NCBI GenBank assembly: GCA_002269645.1
Contig: NIVC01002306.1
Location: forward strand, 121,316 to 185,315
Direction: 5' to 3'
Origin: Macrostomum lignano
Taxonomy: Eukaryota
DNA: 64,000 nucleotides
Positions 36,801-49,789 of this stretch are shown one piece after another. Every line of letters starts with the position of its first letter. Within the stretch, counting starts at the first letter, position 1. A program made the position numbers and the translations under genes. Under the pieces are notes generated by a model, which worked only from the letters and a program-made list of their open reading frames with translations, was not told the origin of the DNA and ran no database searches.

Positions 36801-38051
36801 CACATGTACTATATAGCTATAGGGAATTCGAACCAATTCAGCCGGACCCGAGCTTTCCTCTTGGAGGACTCATCATTTTATTCTGCGACAGAGCCCAATC
36901 TTAGGGCTGATCCGCGCTGGAAAAAGCTAACACCCCGTTTAAATAATAACAAAAACAAACAAAGCAATTGTCATGCCGTCGGCACTTTTTCAATTTTTTT
37001 TCGCAAGCTCGATCGTTTCTATGGTGAAAACATCTGCAAACTTTCCTGGATGTTATTAAAAAGAATATGTCAAACTGAATTAGCTAAACAATCATCTTGC
37101 TCCAGCCACTTACTTTACTACTACTAATAACTTTCGTAACACAAGCTTAAAAAATAGTTTGTTTAAGCGGACAACTTTTTTTCAGATATTTAAATAATTT
37201 ATTTCTGAGAAACAAATCTTCGTGTCGTAATAAAATACAAGCATACAATCATACATCTTGTTCTAATCAAATAAAGACAATTATTCTGCGACTGCAATAT
37301 GACATCCTACAATTGTTTACATTCAAAATCTATCTCATTATGGTATTCAATTATCTATATTATTTATTAAAACAAGATAAATACCATCTGAATACCATAA
37401 TTTAAGAGATCAAACCAACACATTACTATTATATTTGTGTCTATATAAATATATCTTAAGAGTAGTATTAAAGTTAATATATTTCCTTTAGCCAGGTCAA
37501 TCAAGAAAACTATTATAATTTGTTTTAATCAATGTTATCTCATAAAAGTTCAACTTCCTTTATTTTTTAACTTTTCACACTATCAGGGTATATTATTCAC
37601 AATAAAGTTTAAAAGTTTTATAACCCTTTGCACTGTAGGCTAGCAATTTAATTATGGTTTTGACTGCATTTTATTGTTTGCCAACCAGTCTGATAGATGA
37701 TAATAAAATAGTTGAGGTTGTAAAGTTGGCCTAAATTTTGATATGCCTTTTTTATCAACCTTTTAAACTGCTAAACTGCTCTGATTTTGTTTGTCATGTT
37801 ATTTTGCAACACAGGATAGTCCAATTGCAGATAGGGGCAATAGCTAATGGGCCCAATTAATTCAGATTCATTTGGCAAATTGATGTATAAAGTTTATACT
37901 ATATACACCATTTTAGCACCTATTTTGATCAAACTCCCTTTCAATTCAAACAATCAGAATAGAAATTTAGACACTGTCTAGAAAACACAATGCTTGTAGA
38001 AATTCAATTTTGATACTCTCTCTTTTATATTCAACAAAGCTCTTTTGATTC

Positions 38052-38419
38052 AGTCAGCCAAAACTTTCATGGACTTTCTCTCTTTATTGCTCCATTTGCA
38101 AAGCCATGAGAGGATATTCTAAACAAACACAAGACAATAAAAATTAATAAATAAAAGTCTGAGGTCCAGTGGTGCTAAGGCATTTAATCAGGGTAGGGGG
38201 GTGAGTGCAAGATAAGACAAGGAGGGGTAGAGTGCCTGACTGAGGAAAGAGGCAAGAATGAATAGCCAATCAAAAGGTGCCTTAACTACACCATTGGACC
38301 TCTCACTCTTATTTATTTATTTTGTTTCCTTTGATTGTCTTATGTTTGTTTAGAATTTCATCTTATGGATCTGCAAGTGTAGCAATAAAAAGAGAAAGTC
38401 CATGAAAGTTTGGCTGACT
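38052..38419. mobile_element. MITE with ~130-bp inverted arms
   Basis: AGTCAGCCAAAACTTTCATGGACTTTCTC... (38052) pairs with ...GAGAAAGTCCATGAAAGTTTGGCTGACT (38419). No TSD recognised. Confidence 0.7.
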
Positions 38420-38519
38420 CTTAATAGTATATTGAACATATAATCAGTAAGTAGCTTTCACCAGTTATAGGCTCTATACCAGCAAGTCTTGATTGGCAGA
38501 TGTAATGTCAAACAACATG

Positions 38520-40620
38520 CATCAATCGATAGCTCACCCAGCTTGTTGCATTTTTTTGTTAGTAGGTTAGACAAATAAGTTAAGCACATAATTCTTAGAG
38601 TATCTAAAGCTAGTCTGATTAATGTACCATTTTCACCACCAAACTCTAGTGCTAACACTTGAAGCTAAAATGTGGCTGCATCACTATTCTTAGCATGTTC
38701 ATTTTTGTCACTTGCAAGCTCATGAAAACTAGTACATAGTTCAAATAAAGCAAAGCAGGTACAAATAAAGAAATTAACAATAATTAACAAGGCTAATTAA
38801 CTTAAAATCAGACATATGCCCAAGGCTGCTAATGTAGTCATTGACTCATTTAGCATAAGGGATTAAATTAACTGCTCAAAAGCTCTAATAGATTAAAAAT
38901 GCTACAATATTAAGTACTACACAAATTTCAAAACCAAACTATTGCATATGGGAAAATGATAGTTAAAATAATGCACTAAGAATTATTGGCAAAGGTCTCA
39001 AACTAGCAGATTATCGCAGCATTGAAAGGTGCTATTTAGTATTTACTAAGAGTTAATTACTTCTGTCTTTTGAGTTGCTTAGCTTCTTTTGCTTATCCTA
39101 GGTGTTCTTTGTGGCTTCTTGGTACGCCTTCAGCATATCAGCTGCTGCTGTCTCCTTTGCTTCCAGTTCTTTTTCTTTTTACTTCTCTTCCTCAAGTTTC
39201 TACTTCTCTGCCTACTGGCGTTGGCATAGGGCTTCTTCTTTGTCTTGCCTCTTCTGAATATCAGCTTCCACCTGTAAGGAGTACAAAGTAGTATGAGCAG
39301 CAACAAGCAGAGAATTGTTGAAACCAAAGTCCCTGCAATTTTTTTCATTAATTTGCAAGGAGTATTTGACTTGCAAGGTTGCTTCAATCATGTCGCTTAG
39401 ACAAACAATTGCATTTCTTTGTTAGGATGTTCACCAAATTAGAAAATGCCCGCTCACTGTCACTATTGCCAAGTGGTAGGGTGAGGCACGCCACTGCAGG
39501 CTGGCAAAGTAGAGGGAAGATCTGGGCGCCTATTCCATATATCATCTTTGAAACTTCAGCCTAGAAGTTCCCTACAATGGGAGTGTCAGGAAGCAACAAA
39601 CAGTTGCGGGCACTCATCCCACTAGGCATAAATGGAAACAAGCAAAATAATAGTAGGAATGACTTGGCAGCCTAAAACAACTTTCACAATGAACTCTTTG
39701 AGAGAGACTTCAGCTGGCTTTAATGTGTGAGAAACTGCAGAGCACAAATAATCTTGCTAGTAAGTGGAAGATACAGCTTTAGGACAAGCAGTCAAAGTTT
39801 CATAAAAACGTCTAGCATGGAGGAAAATAGATTCTGCTGCATAAATATGCATTTTGCCAGGATAGTATTATATATGAATAGTATTAATAAATAATGGAAA
39901 AATACAGAATTATCTATATTAGATACATTAGCAGTTTCTTCAAATTCAATAACTTAATAATATATACACCACTATAAGAAAAGAAACAGTTTTCCTCTCA
40001 ATTCACAAAAATACTAGGAGCAAAATTTGGAATTTTAGAATGGCAAAATTTTCTCCAGGCCTCAAAGTTTCCTTCTTTTCCTCCAATTTCCTCCGAAGTG
40101 GCAACACTGGATTAGATAAAGGTAAATTATCTTGCATGTTAGCATGTATGAGCATACAATGCAAGATCACAGTAGAATGCACGGATGTAGGAAAAAGTGC
40201 TTCAAGTCTTCTCACATTGGTACAGATGCGGCAAGACAGCAGCCAGAAATTTTAAGTCGAGTAGTGTCTGTTCAGACTTTCGATACTTAGAAATATCTTT
40301 CATCTTTTTACTCTTTTGATCAATCTGAGATGGATCTTTATAAGAGAATCCTTTGGGAGAATACTATTGATCAATAAGCCTTAGTAACAACAGGTAGAAG
40401 CTGCACCCATCTCGTTTCGACTTGCTGATATCGTGTCCATCTCTTTGCTGTTTGAAAGTAGATGTATACATTGTCAACGAAGTCCTCTATGTCTCTGCCA
40501 AATGCATCATCACATGCATGTTGAACTGCATTGGATATAGTGTGCAGACTGTATAGTCCAATTAACACGGAGTAGGGTGCATAGTCAAGCATTATTTTCA
40601 GGAATCCATAAACTTCCCAA
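38520..40620 (-). pseudogene. Old, decayed hAT transposase remnants
   Basis: SLHTISNAVQHAC...VETRW (40371-40592), NLPLSNPVL (~40100), LTLPLGNSDSERAFSNLVNILTKK (~39400-39500, hAT dimerisation-domain motif), and a second LSNLLTKKCNKL fragment at ~38540. Confidence 0.65.
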
Positions 40621-40711
40621 TAATGACAGCCGGCCTTCTGTTTGAATGCTAACGCAATTCTTCAATGGAATCGCACACTATAATTCAGGGGTCGGCGAAC
40701 TCCGGCCCGGG

Positions 40712-40881
40712 CAGTGGCGGATCTGGCGGGGGGGGGGCGGCCCCCCTTCTTTTGCCATGGCTGAACTTGCATGTAAGGGGGGAGTATTGCAATTTTAGGC
40801 TTATTTTGGGCCTATTTAGGGCTGACCCAAAAAGTTAAGCCAATCCGCCCCCCTACTTTCAAAATCCTGGATCCGCCACTG
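40712..40881. mobile_element. hAT-type MITE nested in the TIR of the 40686-42760 element
   Basis: TIRs CAGTGGCGGATC / GATCCGCCACTG, 8-bp TSD GGCCCGGG / GGCCTGGG (1 mismatch). Confidence 0.85.
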
Positions 40882-41726
40882 GGCCTGGGGGCCACATGCG
40901 TCCTGCGAAGCCTCTCTGAACTTCAAAATAGCAATCCTGACCTCTCAATGTTGGTGTCTCTTCTCTGCTCTCTTCTCTTACCTCTTCTCCCATCTCTTCT
41001 CTCTCTCTCTCTCCTCTTCTCTCCTCTCTCCCCTTCTCTTTTCTCTCCTCTCTTCCCTCTTCAGTGTGACCACCAAAAATTACAAGAAATAATTAGCGCG
41101 GCACGAAAAAAATAGCGCAGGCAAAATCAAACAACTAATATCATTTGAACACAGTAAAACTAGGTACGATGGGTGTCCCAAAAGTCGATGCAATTTCTTC
41201 ACTACAGCCTTTTCTGACCGATCAGAAATATTAAGTCTGTTGCAGTTGAAAAGAGAGTTATCTGCCCGTTAAAATGACTTTCTGGTTATTTCTGTATCTG
41301 CTGGCATTCTTGAGTATGAGCACTTTTCTGCCCCACCCCCTGTGCTACTTCTACAAATTGTCATAGACCAAAGCTTTGTACCTGATGCACGAAACAACGA
41401 AACATTCAACGAATCAACTCAACACTCGCAACATGAAAGCTGAGGAAAGAACAGTCAAAGTTCATCAACATTGTCCTGAGGCTTCTCCACATAGTCATCA
41501 CTGTGCTGCACACTTCTGCCATCGGCTCGGATGTTGAGTTATTCATATTTTATTTGAAGTTTAAGAAGTTCAAATAGGGGCCTATTTCGACTTAACAAGA
41601 CAGAAGCAGACAGGCTGCTTAAGCGAAGAAAAACGTACATGTAAAACACTCATGGCGATAAGGTAAAAATTATTGCAATTGGCACTACGATGGGAACGGG
41701 AAGTGGTAAATTGATTCTCTATTCTT

Positions 41727-42556
41727 CTACTTGCGCTTTTTGGGAGCGGGTGCGTTTAAGCCACTGCCGCCGGTCTTGCTGTTGCTGCTTGAACTCATCC
41801 GCTTGCGAAGCTGAGCCTGGGCCTTCCCTGCTGCCAGAATGATTTCCCGGGCTTTTTTACGCGCCTCGTCAATTTTGTGCTGCTCAGCCTGCACCTGTTC
41901 CGCATTCCTTCGCCGCTCTCGCTCCTCGTCAGCTTTTTCACGTTCGGCCTGGCCACGCTGCATAGAATCGAACTGTTCTTGGATTCGTGCCATTACTGTT
42001 TGCTGCTTTGCACGAGCTCGTGCATCGGCCTTCGCTTTTGCTTTGAAGCCGTCAGCTACGAGGGCTGGCCCGATTGCAACCGTTGATGATCGCCAGCTGT
42101 TGGCCTTAAGCCACACTTTGATGGCCAGAAGCGAGTCGAGGGTAAAATTAGACAGTTTTTTTCTTTGCTTCGTAAGAAGCGTGTCGGCATTTCCGCGAGG
42201 GATACAGCAAGCAGCGCGACCAAGGGCAGATATGGGAAGACGTCGGTGGACAAAGTGGCCCAGAATTCTTCGGGTGTCATGCCTGCAGATACATTAAAGA
42301 CATCAGGGCAGCAGGCGCGAAGCTTCGCCACCTCCAAACGAAGATCGTCAAGTCGTTCAGTAGGAACCACTGTCGTGAGGGCCCTACCAACGCGCAAAAT
42401 GCTTATGTCGATGTTAAATTCTTCAGACACTGACAGCAAATACTTAGGATCGACAAACTGCAGTGCACGAAGCAGTTTGTTGTGCAGCGGCAAATAGGAA
42501 ACAAGACGACTGGTCAACTCGACGTAAAACTTTCGAGCAGCCACGAAAAAGCTCAA
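41727..42556 (-). pseudogene. hAT transposase C-terminal fragment
   Basis: YLPLHNKLLRALQFVDP...EEFWATLSTDVFPYLPLV...RGNADT, frameshifted, followed by a charged coiled-coil tail. Confidence 0.7.
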
Positions 42557-44488
42557 AAAGGGGCCCTCTTCTCTCCTCTCCTCTTCCCTCTTCTCTCCTT
42601 ATCTGTTTTTTCTCTCATCGCATCTCTCACCTCTCCTCCCCATTATCTTTTCTCATTCCTCATCATCTATTCTCTCTCCTTTTTATTTTCATCTGGCCCG
42701 CGGCCATGAGATGGATTCTTTATCTGGCCCTTGAGGTAAAAAAAGGTTTGCCGGCCCCTGCTATAATGAAATTCATATATTCAATGGAATTATTATGGAA
42801 TCCAATCCACAATTCCAATTGCACTATAGTGTGCTATTGAATAATACCGTTCCCTGCGCAGGATGCCAGTTGCGTAACTTGCAGTTGCGATCGGAGAGAA
42901 ATGGCTCACTAGATCAGGGTGGATTCTCTTCAATGTCCGTGAGTGTAGCTTTTGTATAAGTTAAGTTATATACGAGCTACTCTAAATTGGTTATTAATTT
43001 GATGCCAGCTAGACACGATAATACGCAGCAATGCATTGAAAGTTTGGAGCACTCTTAAATGCATCTATTATATACTTCCATAATAAAGATATGAAGACTA
43101 AATAATAACTTATCAAAATAGTTTACTATGTCATCTTTATCTTTTAATCTTATGCTCCACTTGGCTAAACACTCGTAAACAGAGTACAGACCATGTGGAA
43201 TCAATTGAAAGCAGCCCGTTTTCTTGATTATATATATATTCTTAATTTTTTTAAATATGGGTTTGACTGAACTATACATCCAATATAGTCGTACTAATGC
43301 TGTAATCTATATTTATTTTTACATTTCAGCATGAACCAGATTTGCAACATGTTTCTTTCTGATGTTTGGCAGCAAATGTCCGAGCAGTCGATTGATAATT
43401 TTCTTGCCAGCCAGCCAATCAGGATGCGCGGAAACTGGCCCAGATTTGTAATATTTTTATTTGACCTGGCATGGGGCGGTCTTACACAACCTGGCATTCT
43501 GATGATGATCATGTCTTACTTTAACTTTGCACTGCTTATTCGTTAACACTTTTATATATTTGCTCATATCTGACAGATTTACCCTAACAAGCGCAAGTTT
43601 TGTTGCTTAGAGTTATGTTATTTTTCGAGTCGGCTTGTGTGTACTTTTATTCTAGTCTAAAAATAAAGCCGACAGAACCGTGTAAGATAAATATATGCAC
43701 ATAATTTAAAATATTTTTATCTGCGCTCGAAAAAAATCAATACTTGTTCTTACTTGTTTTAATAGACTTAAAAGTATGTTTTGAATGAACACGTGAAGAA
43801 GCATGACATAACTGCACGATTTTTTTATGCATATCCGGAACCTTAAAGTACACAAAAAACGGAATACACAGCGAGACAGTGTATTTATAATATAATTAAA
43901 TTAACACCAACGTAATAATTTTATTCTTCTACAAACTTTAATGATGCAAACAAAAATAACTCAGTGCTTAAATGTGTAATGAATAGCTAACCAAGTGAAT
44001 ATTCAGCATTCATCAAGTAGTATGCGTCGCTCAGGTAAGTAACTCGCACATTTATTTTCAAAAAATTCCAAGAAACTGAGTGAGTATACCGACGTTTTAT
44101 TTTTAGCGGTCCTTTCTACAATAGAATAATGACGGGTCGAGATAGAAAAAAAATAATAACCTTTTTACGCGACCAATGAATAAATCCTACCTTATCGGGT
44201 TCCAATGATGTACAGTACATTGTGAAGTTTTACCATAAACAAATAAAGAAAAAGTTCAGCATTAAAATTAAAGAAAACAAATACATCCAACAAGAAATAA
44301 ATTTCAACAACAGAAGTTCTGTCTCTGAATATGACGAAGAATGGCAATGGTGTGCTGCAATCTACCTAACCTAATATTTGTATGTCAGCCTCATAGCGAC
44401 GAGAACTAGCTTTGAGCCGCGTCTTATTACCAGTTGTCCTTGGCCTGTTGCTAATGTAAGCAAAGAAACAAGCACTGCACCTCAATGC

Positions 44489-47400
44489 TTAAATAGCCTC
44501 TGGCGCGGAGCCGCCACGAGCGCCGTCGACGCCGCCAACCACTGCGGCGTGGTGCTGCACTCGGATGTTGGGGTTAAGCTCCGGCCGCAGCATCGGGTCG
44601 CTCTCGGCCGCCTGTCGCCCCAGAGTCGACATCAAATAGAGCAGAGTCGACGAGGCTAAGAACACCAAGAAGCCGACTAGCAGTAGGCGACGTCGGGGAG
44701 ACAGCGGCGCCCGTCTGCTGGCCGACGGTCCGCCAGCGGCGCCGGAGCGCAGCACCCAAGCCAGCCAGGTGAAGGCCGGCCGCCTGGCGTATTTGTTCTC
44801 GTCAACGTCTCGCTGCCGCTGCTGCTGCTGCCCGTATGTGGACGGCGGCGGCGCCATTCGAAAGCCGCCGCCGCCGCCGCCGCCACCGGCAGATTTTTTG
44901 CTGACTCCGTGGCCGAGGTGGCCAACAACGGCGCTCCGCTCCGAGGTCATCTCTACGCTATCAGTTGGCAGGCGCTGCGACACCGCTCCGGGCGGCGATT
45001 CAGCCGCCGCCTGCTGCTGCTGTTGGGTTGCCATGGAAACCACTCCCAGAGCGGTCTGGGCCCAGGTGGCGCCGCGCAGTTTGGCTCGGATGCCTTCCAC
45101 TACCGGACCGGCGGCGTTGTCGGCCGGTATGACCGAACGGGAGCAGATCGGACACTCGTAGCCGGCCGGGGCAGTGTTGCTAGGCAACCGCTGCATGCTC
45201 TGGTTAAGGCAGCGCCAGTGAAATATGTCTGGAAATCCGGAAAAATGAGCCATTTAAGAAAACTGGACTGATTTTAATCGATTATTTTAATCGACGCATA
45301 CACGGGGAGCTCAAGACTTTCCTTGTAGCGGTGCTTTCACCAGCCCCAAATTTTCGCAATCCTTTAATTTCAGTCCCTAAACTCCCGAAAGAGTAGAAAA
45401 GAGAAAGGAGCTGAAAAGAGATCTTGATATTAGACTACGAGTAAGATATAAACATTGAGCAGACTGGATTGCTATTGTGAAGTTTCAAAAGAACCCGAGG
45501 GCCGGATAGAGAGGCTTTGCGGGCCAGAGTTTACGGACCCCCTGGTTTAAGCTTAAGTTCATAGCTCGTAAAATTAAGGTTATGGCTTCAGCTAGGCTAT
45601 GGGGAAGTTGATTTTCTACACACCCACCATAGCAAGTTAGGCGAATGCAGTCCTCGTCTTGCAGGCTGTGGTTGCACAAAGTACAATTTGGATTGTAGTC
45701 GCTGTCCTGTAGCCACTGTAGATAAGACTGGACAACGCACTGTAGAATGGTTGATTAATGGTTATAGGCTATGTTAAATAACAATTTAAATACAATCAAA
45801 AAAGGTTAAATTCATCAAAGTTTGCTTTTTACTGTCTTTCTCTAATGGGACTGGCTTACATATCAAATAAAATTTGAAAGACTAATGGATGATGCTGTTG
45901 TCATGAGTAAAAAATTGAGTAATTAAGCCTATAGATGGAAAGTATTCAAAGAATGAAAATTCAAACATATACATGTTTATCTTTTAGTAGCCTTATACTA
46001 TAATATATAAAATCTATTAATGCAGACAAACTTGAAATCATACCATAAAATTATTTTAGAGCATTAATTTTTCTTTGTCAAATTTTTATCAACTATAGAA
46101 CCATATATATATAAAATATATATTTCACCAAAATAAACACTCTAATATTTCCTTGATGCACAAACATTAATATAGGAACACTACATAGCATGCAACTATA
46201 CTAAGAAATACCTATCAAGTTTGGAACAAATTAAATCAATTTAAAAATCAATATAGATTAAATTAAATTTATTTGACATGTTTTAGTCCAACAAGGGCCA
46301 TCTTTAGGGTCTAATATATTTTTACTCATACAACAACTTTTATAAAAGATAAATAGAGAACAAATGTTTACTGTACAGTCCAAGGGGCATATCTAGGTAG
46401 AATTTTCCAAGAAGTGAGGTAGTGAGCAAAGATTACGAGTACATTGGATCAGGTTTGTGCCTTCACTTAGAATACCTTGAGCAAATGGCTCGCACCACTA
46501 TGGGAAAGCTGAATATTTAGATAAGGGTTTTGGTTTTTAATGTATATAGATTAGACTATATTGAGCATAAAGTAATTCCTATACCAATCAATAATTTTAA
46601 ACTGCTAAATTTGCTCAATTTCGCAACAGCTATTGCAACTTGCAACAGAGCAAGTAGTCTTAGATAGCTGACCTTTTCAACCAATGCTCTCTAACTCTGG
46701 TATACAAGTGTCCTTTGGTTTTACCTATATAGGAAATGTTATAGTCAATAGAACAAGAGAACTTATATGAAAGAACAAGTTAAAGTTTTGCTTAATTAAA
46801 ATGTAGATTAATGGAAAAATTAGGGAATATAAGAAAAGGACTCAAATATAAATGAAAATATTTGGTTCTATGACCCTTTAATCTTAGGAACATTTAGGAC
46901 TAGAAGAGTATATGCAAAATAACAATAAAAAATATGCTGTCCATGGAAAGAAGTCAATGGAAAGAGCTTCTTTGCTGCCACTATTAATTTTTTTTTATTC
47001 TATCAGTTGCCTATGATTTTTTGCTTGTCACTCATTGTCTGTCAACATGTCACCTTTTAAATTCTAATGTTGTCAAAGTAAAAAGTAGATCTAACTACTT
47101 TTAGGTGCTACAAAGTTTTTTTTATATCTTTTTATTAGAATTAATAGCTGGTATATATGTCTAGCTTTTTATACATTAGAAAATAGGGAATTGGAGATGT
47201 TCAAAGTAGAAGTATTGCAGCTAACATGTTTCATTTTGCAATATATCAATACCATTGACTTTCTAAAAAAAATATACCACTCAAGTATTTATGCAGAAAG
47301 TAAAAAACTAACTACTAAAGCATGTGACAATTAATTGGACTATGGCCAAATTGTACTCTGGCTTTAACTCTACCTTCAAGTTAGTTATTTAATAGTAAAA

Positions 47401-49789
47401 ACAAATGCTTAGACTTGTTTGCTTCTATGTCCCTTGATTCTAAAATTTCTATTGGCTTTACCTGTAGTAGAACCAAGTAGTCATATCTGCTTAACCTTGC
47501 TATTGCCTCTTTTGTTTGATCTAGGATAAAGAAATCTATTGATAAGGCTAAAGTAAAAAATGAGTAAGTGTTGGTTATACTAAACTTGTTTTTCTAAATT
47601 TCAATTTTAGAAAATTTTGATTTCAATTTCAAAAAGTAGCAAATTTTGATTTTGATAGAAAATGAATTTTTGGAACATCTTTAGTATATATTACACAATC
47701 TAGAATGCGGGGTATACATTGGGAATATACAAAATATTCTAAATTATAGCTATACTATAGACCTTTATTAATCTCCTAAGCAATTGGGAGCAGGGCTATG
47801 CCCCTCCCCCAGTGTGTGGAACATGTATCCATGTACGCCAGACCAAATTCAGGCGTCAAGGACTTTGTATACCAATGTACACCAAAAACAAAACGTTGCG
47901 CTAAAATGTATGCCAAAAATTCCTAAAAAGGTAAGAGGGTTTTCACGAGTAGAGTTTTCTAAGAAAGGCTTTTGTATAAAGTGTTTTTAAAATACTTTGG
48001 GTGTGTCATAAGTAATGTCACTGATGTGAAAACAGACGAACTTGCAATCGCAGATGAACAAAACTGTACCACTCAACAACATAGAGTCCCCCAATATCAA
48101 TTACCTTCTGGCAGTGCTCATACAGCTTGTCCACCTCAGCCTGCAGGTGTTTTTCCTCCAACTGCCATAACCAGTGCAACGCGGCCTGTTTTACCTCTTC
48201 ATGGTTTGCAAAACTCTTCTTGGAAAAGTCAGCCTTCAGCCATTTGAACAGGAATCTCTTGCAAAAGTTGAATTCCGGGCTGTAGGGACTGTCAGAGCAG
48301 ATTCGCTTGCCGTGCAGGCAGAAAATTTGAAACAACCTTCAGGTATACAGCCGTGCGGTGTCCATCTGCCACAGAACCTCGTCCAGGTGACATGGATTTG
48401 ACCAGAGAGTGCACCAGAGGTCCCCAGTGTGCCGGAAAAAGTCAATAAAGTACTGACCATTGACCTTGGTGTTCGGTGGAGTTGTGCAGATAGAGACTTG
48501 TTTGTTTGGCGTGAAGGCTACCAGCAGCATGGTCTTCTTGTCCGAGATGGACTTCCTAGTCACCATCGGCCTGGAGTCCCCAGCTCCCAACTAGCAGCGA
48601 TTGTCTGCCTTGCTGCCCTTGCTATCCAGGTGGAGCCAGCTTTCACCCTCAGCAACCAGGCAGTTTAGGATGTCATTCAAGCCCCGGCTGCTGAACACCT
48701 TGCGAATCTGCTTGGTGCAGGCATCTTGTCAAGATTCATGGTGATTTTTGTTCGCTGCATGGACGATTTTTCATCGCGTTGCACTTGCTAAATCTGCTTG
48801 GCATATTCTTGCGATAGCTTGGGCCATAAACAACCTATGCACGTCTCAAATGCACTGCTAGGCCCTATTGCTTCACTAAGTATACTTTGCAGCTACACTA
48901 CCCATAAGTCCATGTGCCTACATATTTTAGACAGAGGCTTACAGTGACATTACTTATGACACACCCGAAGTATTATATATATTTTCAATTTAAACAAACT
49001 TAAATTATACCTCCAAAAATAAGGTGCAATATTGATACTCTTAGCAAAAATTTATGCTAATTTTATTTATTGGTAATTTCAAAGAAGCAAAAATTTTATC
49101 ACTGACAATACAAAATTTCTGTTACTTTACATAAAAATGTTAATTTACATTATAATTTTCATGCATGACATGAATTTATTCACCAAAATTTGTATGCCAA
49201 AAAAGTATGCGTGGCTGTGTATGCCGATTCTGTATACCAAGGACTTAAAGTGGCTGTTTTGTACGCTGGAAAAGTTCTGGTATACATGCATACCATCCGC
49301 AACCTACCCCTCCCCAATCTCTTTTCCCCCTTGCATATGCCATTGCTAATATTTTTAGATTAAGCCAAGGCCTACATTCAATTTTTTGATATCTAATAGA
49401 TAGACTAATTCTAATTTATAATTTAGATACCAAAAAGTTAGCCATAGCTATAGATATCATGTATTATAGGTATTTTTATATATTATTGTTGATATAGCCG
49501 CGAAATACTAATAGGCCTACCCTAGATAGGCCTAGCTATTTAGCTTATGTTATCAAATATTAAATCAATTTTTATAACATTTATTGGCCTAATCTGCCTA
49601 ATAAAAAGCCTAGGGACTACTAAATAATAAATTTAAAAAAATAGAGCAAAATTCAAAGCAAAGCATTTAGTTGATAATAAGACCTACCTTTCCATGATTT
49701 TCTACTAGGCAATTCTCACAAACATTAACACGGTGTTCAAAGCAAAATAAATTGGTGACCTTCTTTTTGGGGCACTTGCAGAGGCCCAT
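44489..49789 (-). CDS. ZFPL1: Zinc finger protein-like 1 (cis-Golgi membrane protein), 317 aa
   Basis: Phase-consistent exons 49789-49688 ([34 protein letters not shown]), 45739-45628 ([19 protein letters not shown]...) and 45228-44489 (DIFHW...TAPAGYECP..., DVDENKY, transmembrane segment, [14 protein letters not shown]). Confidence 0.97.
47995..48970 (-). mobile_element. Defective mariner element (976 bp) in ZFPL1 intron 1
   Basis: 29-bp TIRs CTTTGGGTGTGTCATAAGTAATGTCACTG / CAGTGACATTACTTATGACACACCCGAAG with TA TSD. Decayed motifs LWQMDTARL (HDNARPH) and [14 protein letters not shown] (PYSPDLAPCDFFLF). Confidence 0.9.

Larger units (their letters stand above)
40686..42760 (-). mobile_element. 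Internally deleted hAT element, 2075 bp
   Basis: TIRs CAGGGGTCGGCGAAC / GTTTGCCGGCCCCTG, 8-bp TSD CTATAATT / CTATAATG (1 mismatch), CT-rich subterminal tracts. Confidence 0.85.

Noticed and set aside
41166-41290. TACGATGGGTGTCCCAAAAGT as a Tc1/mariner terminus
   Set aside because: No partner TIR found, so an element cannot be delimited.
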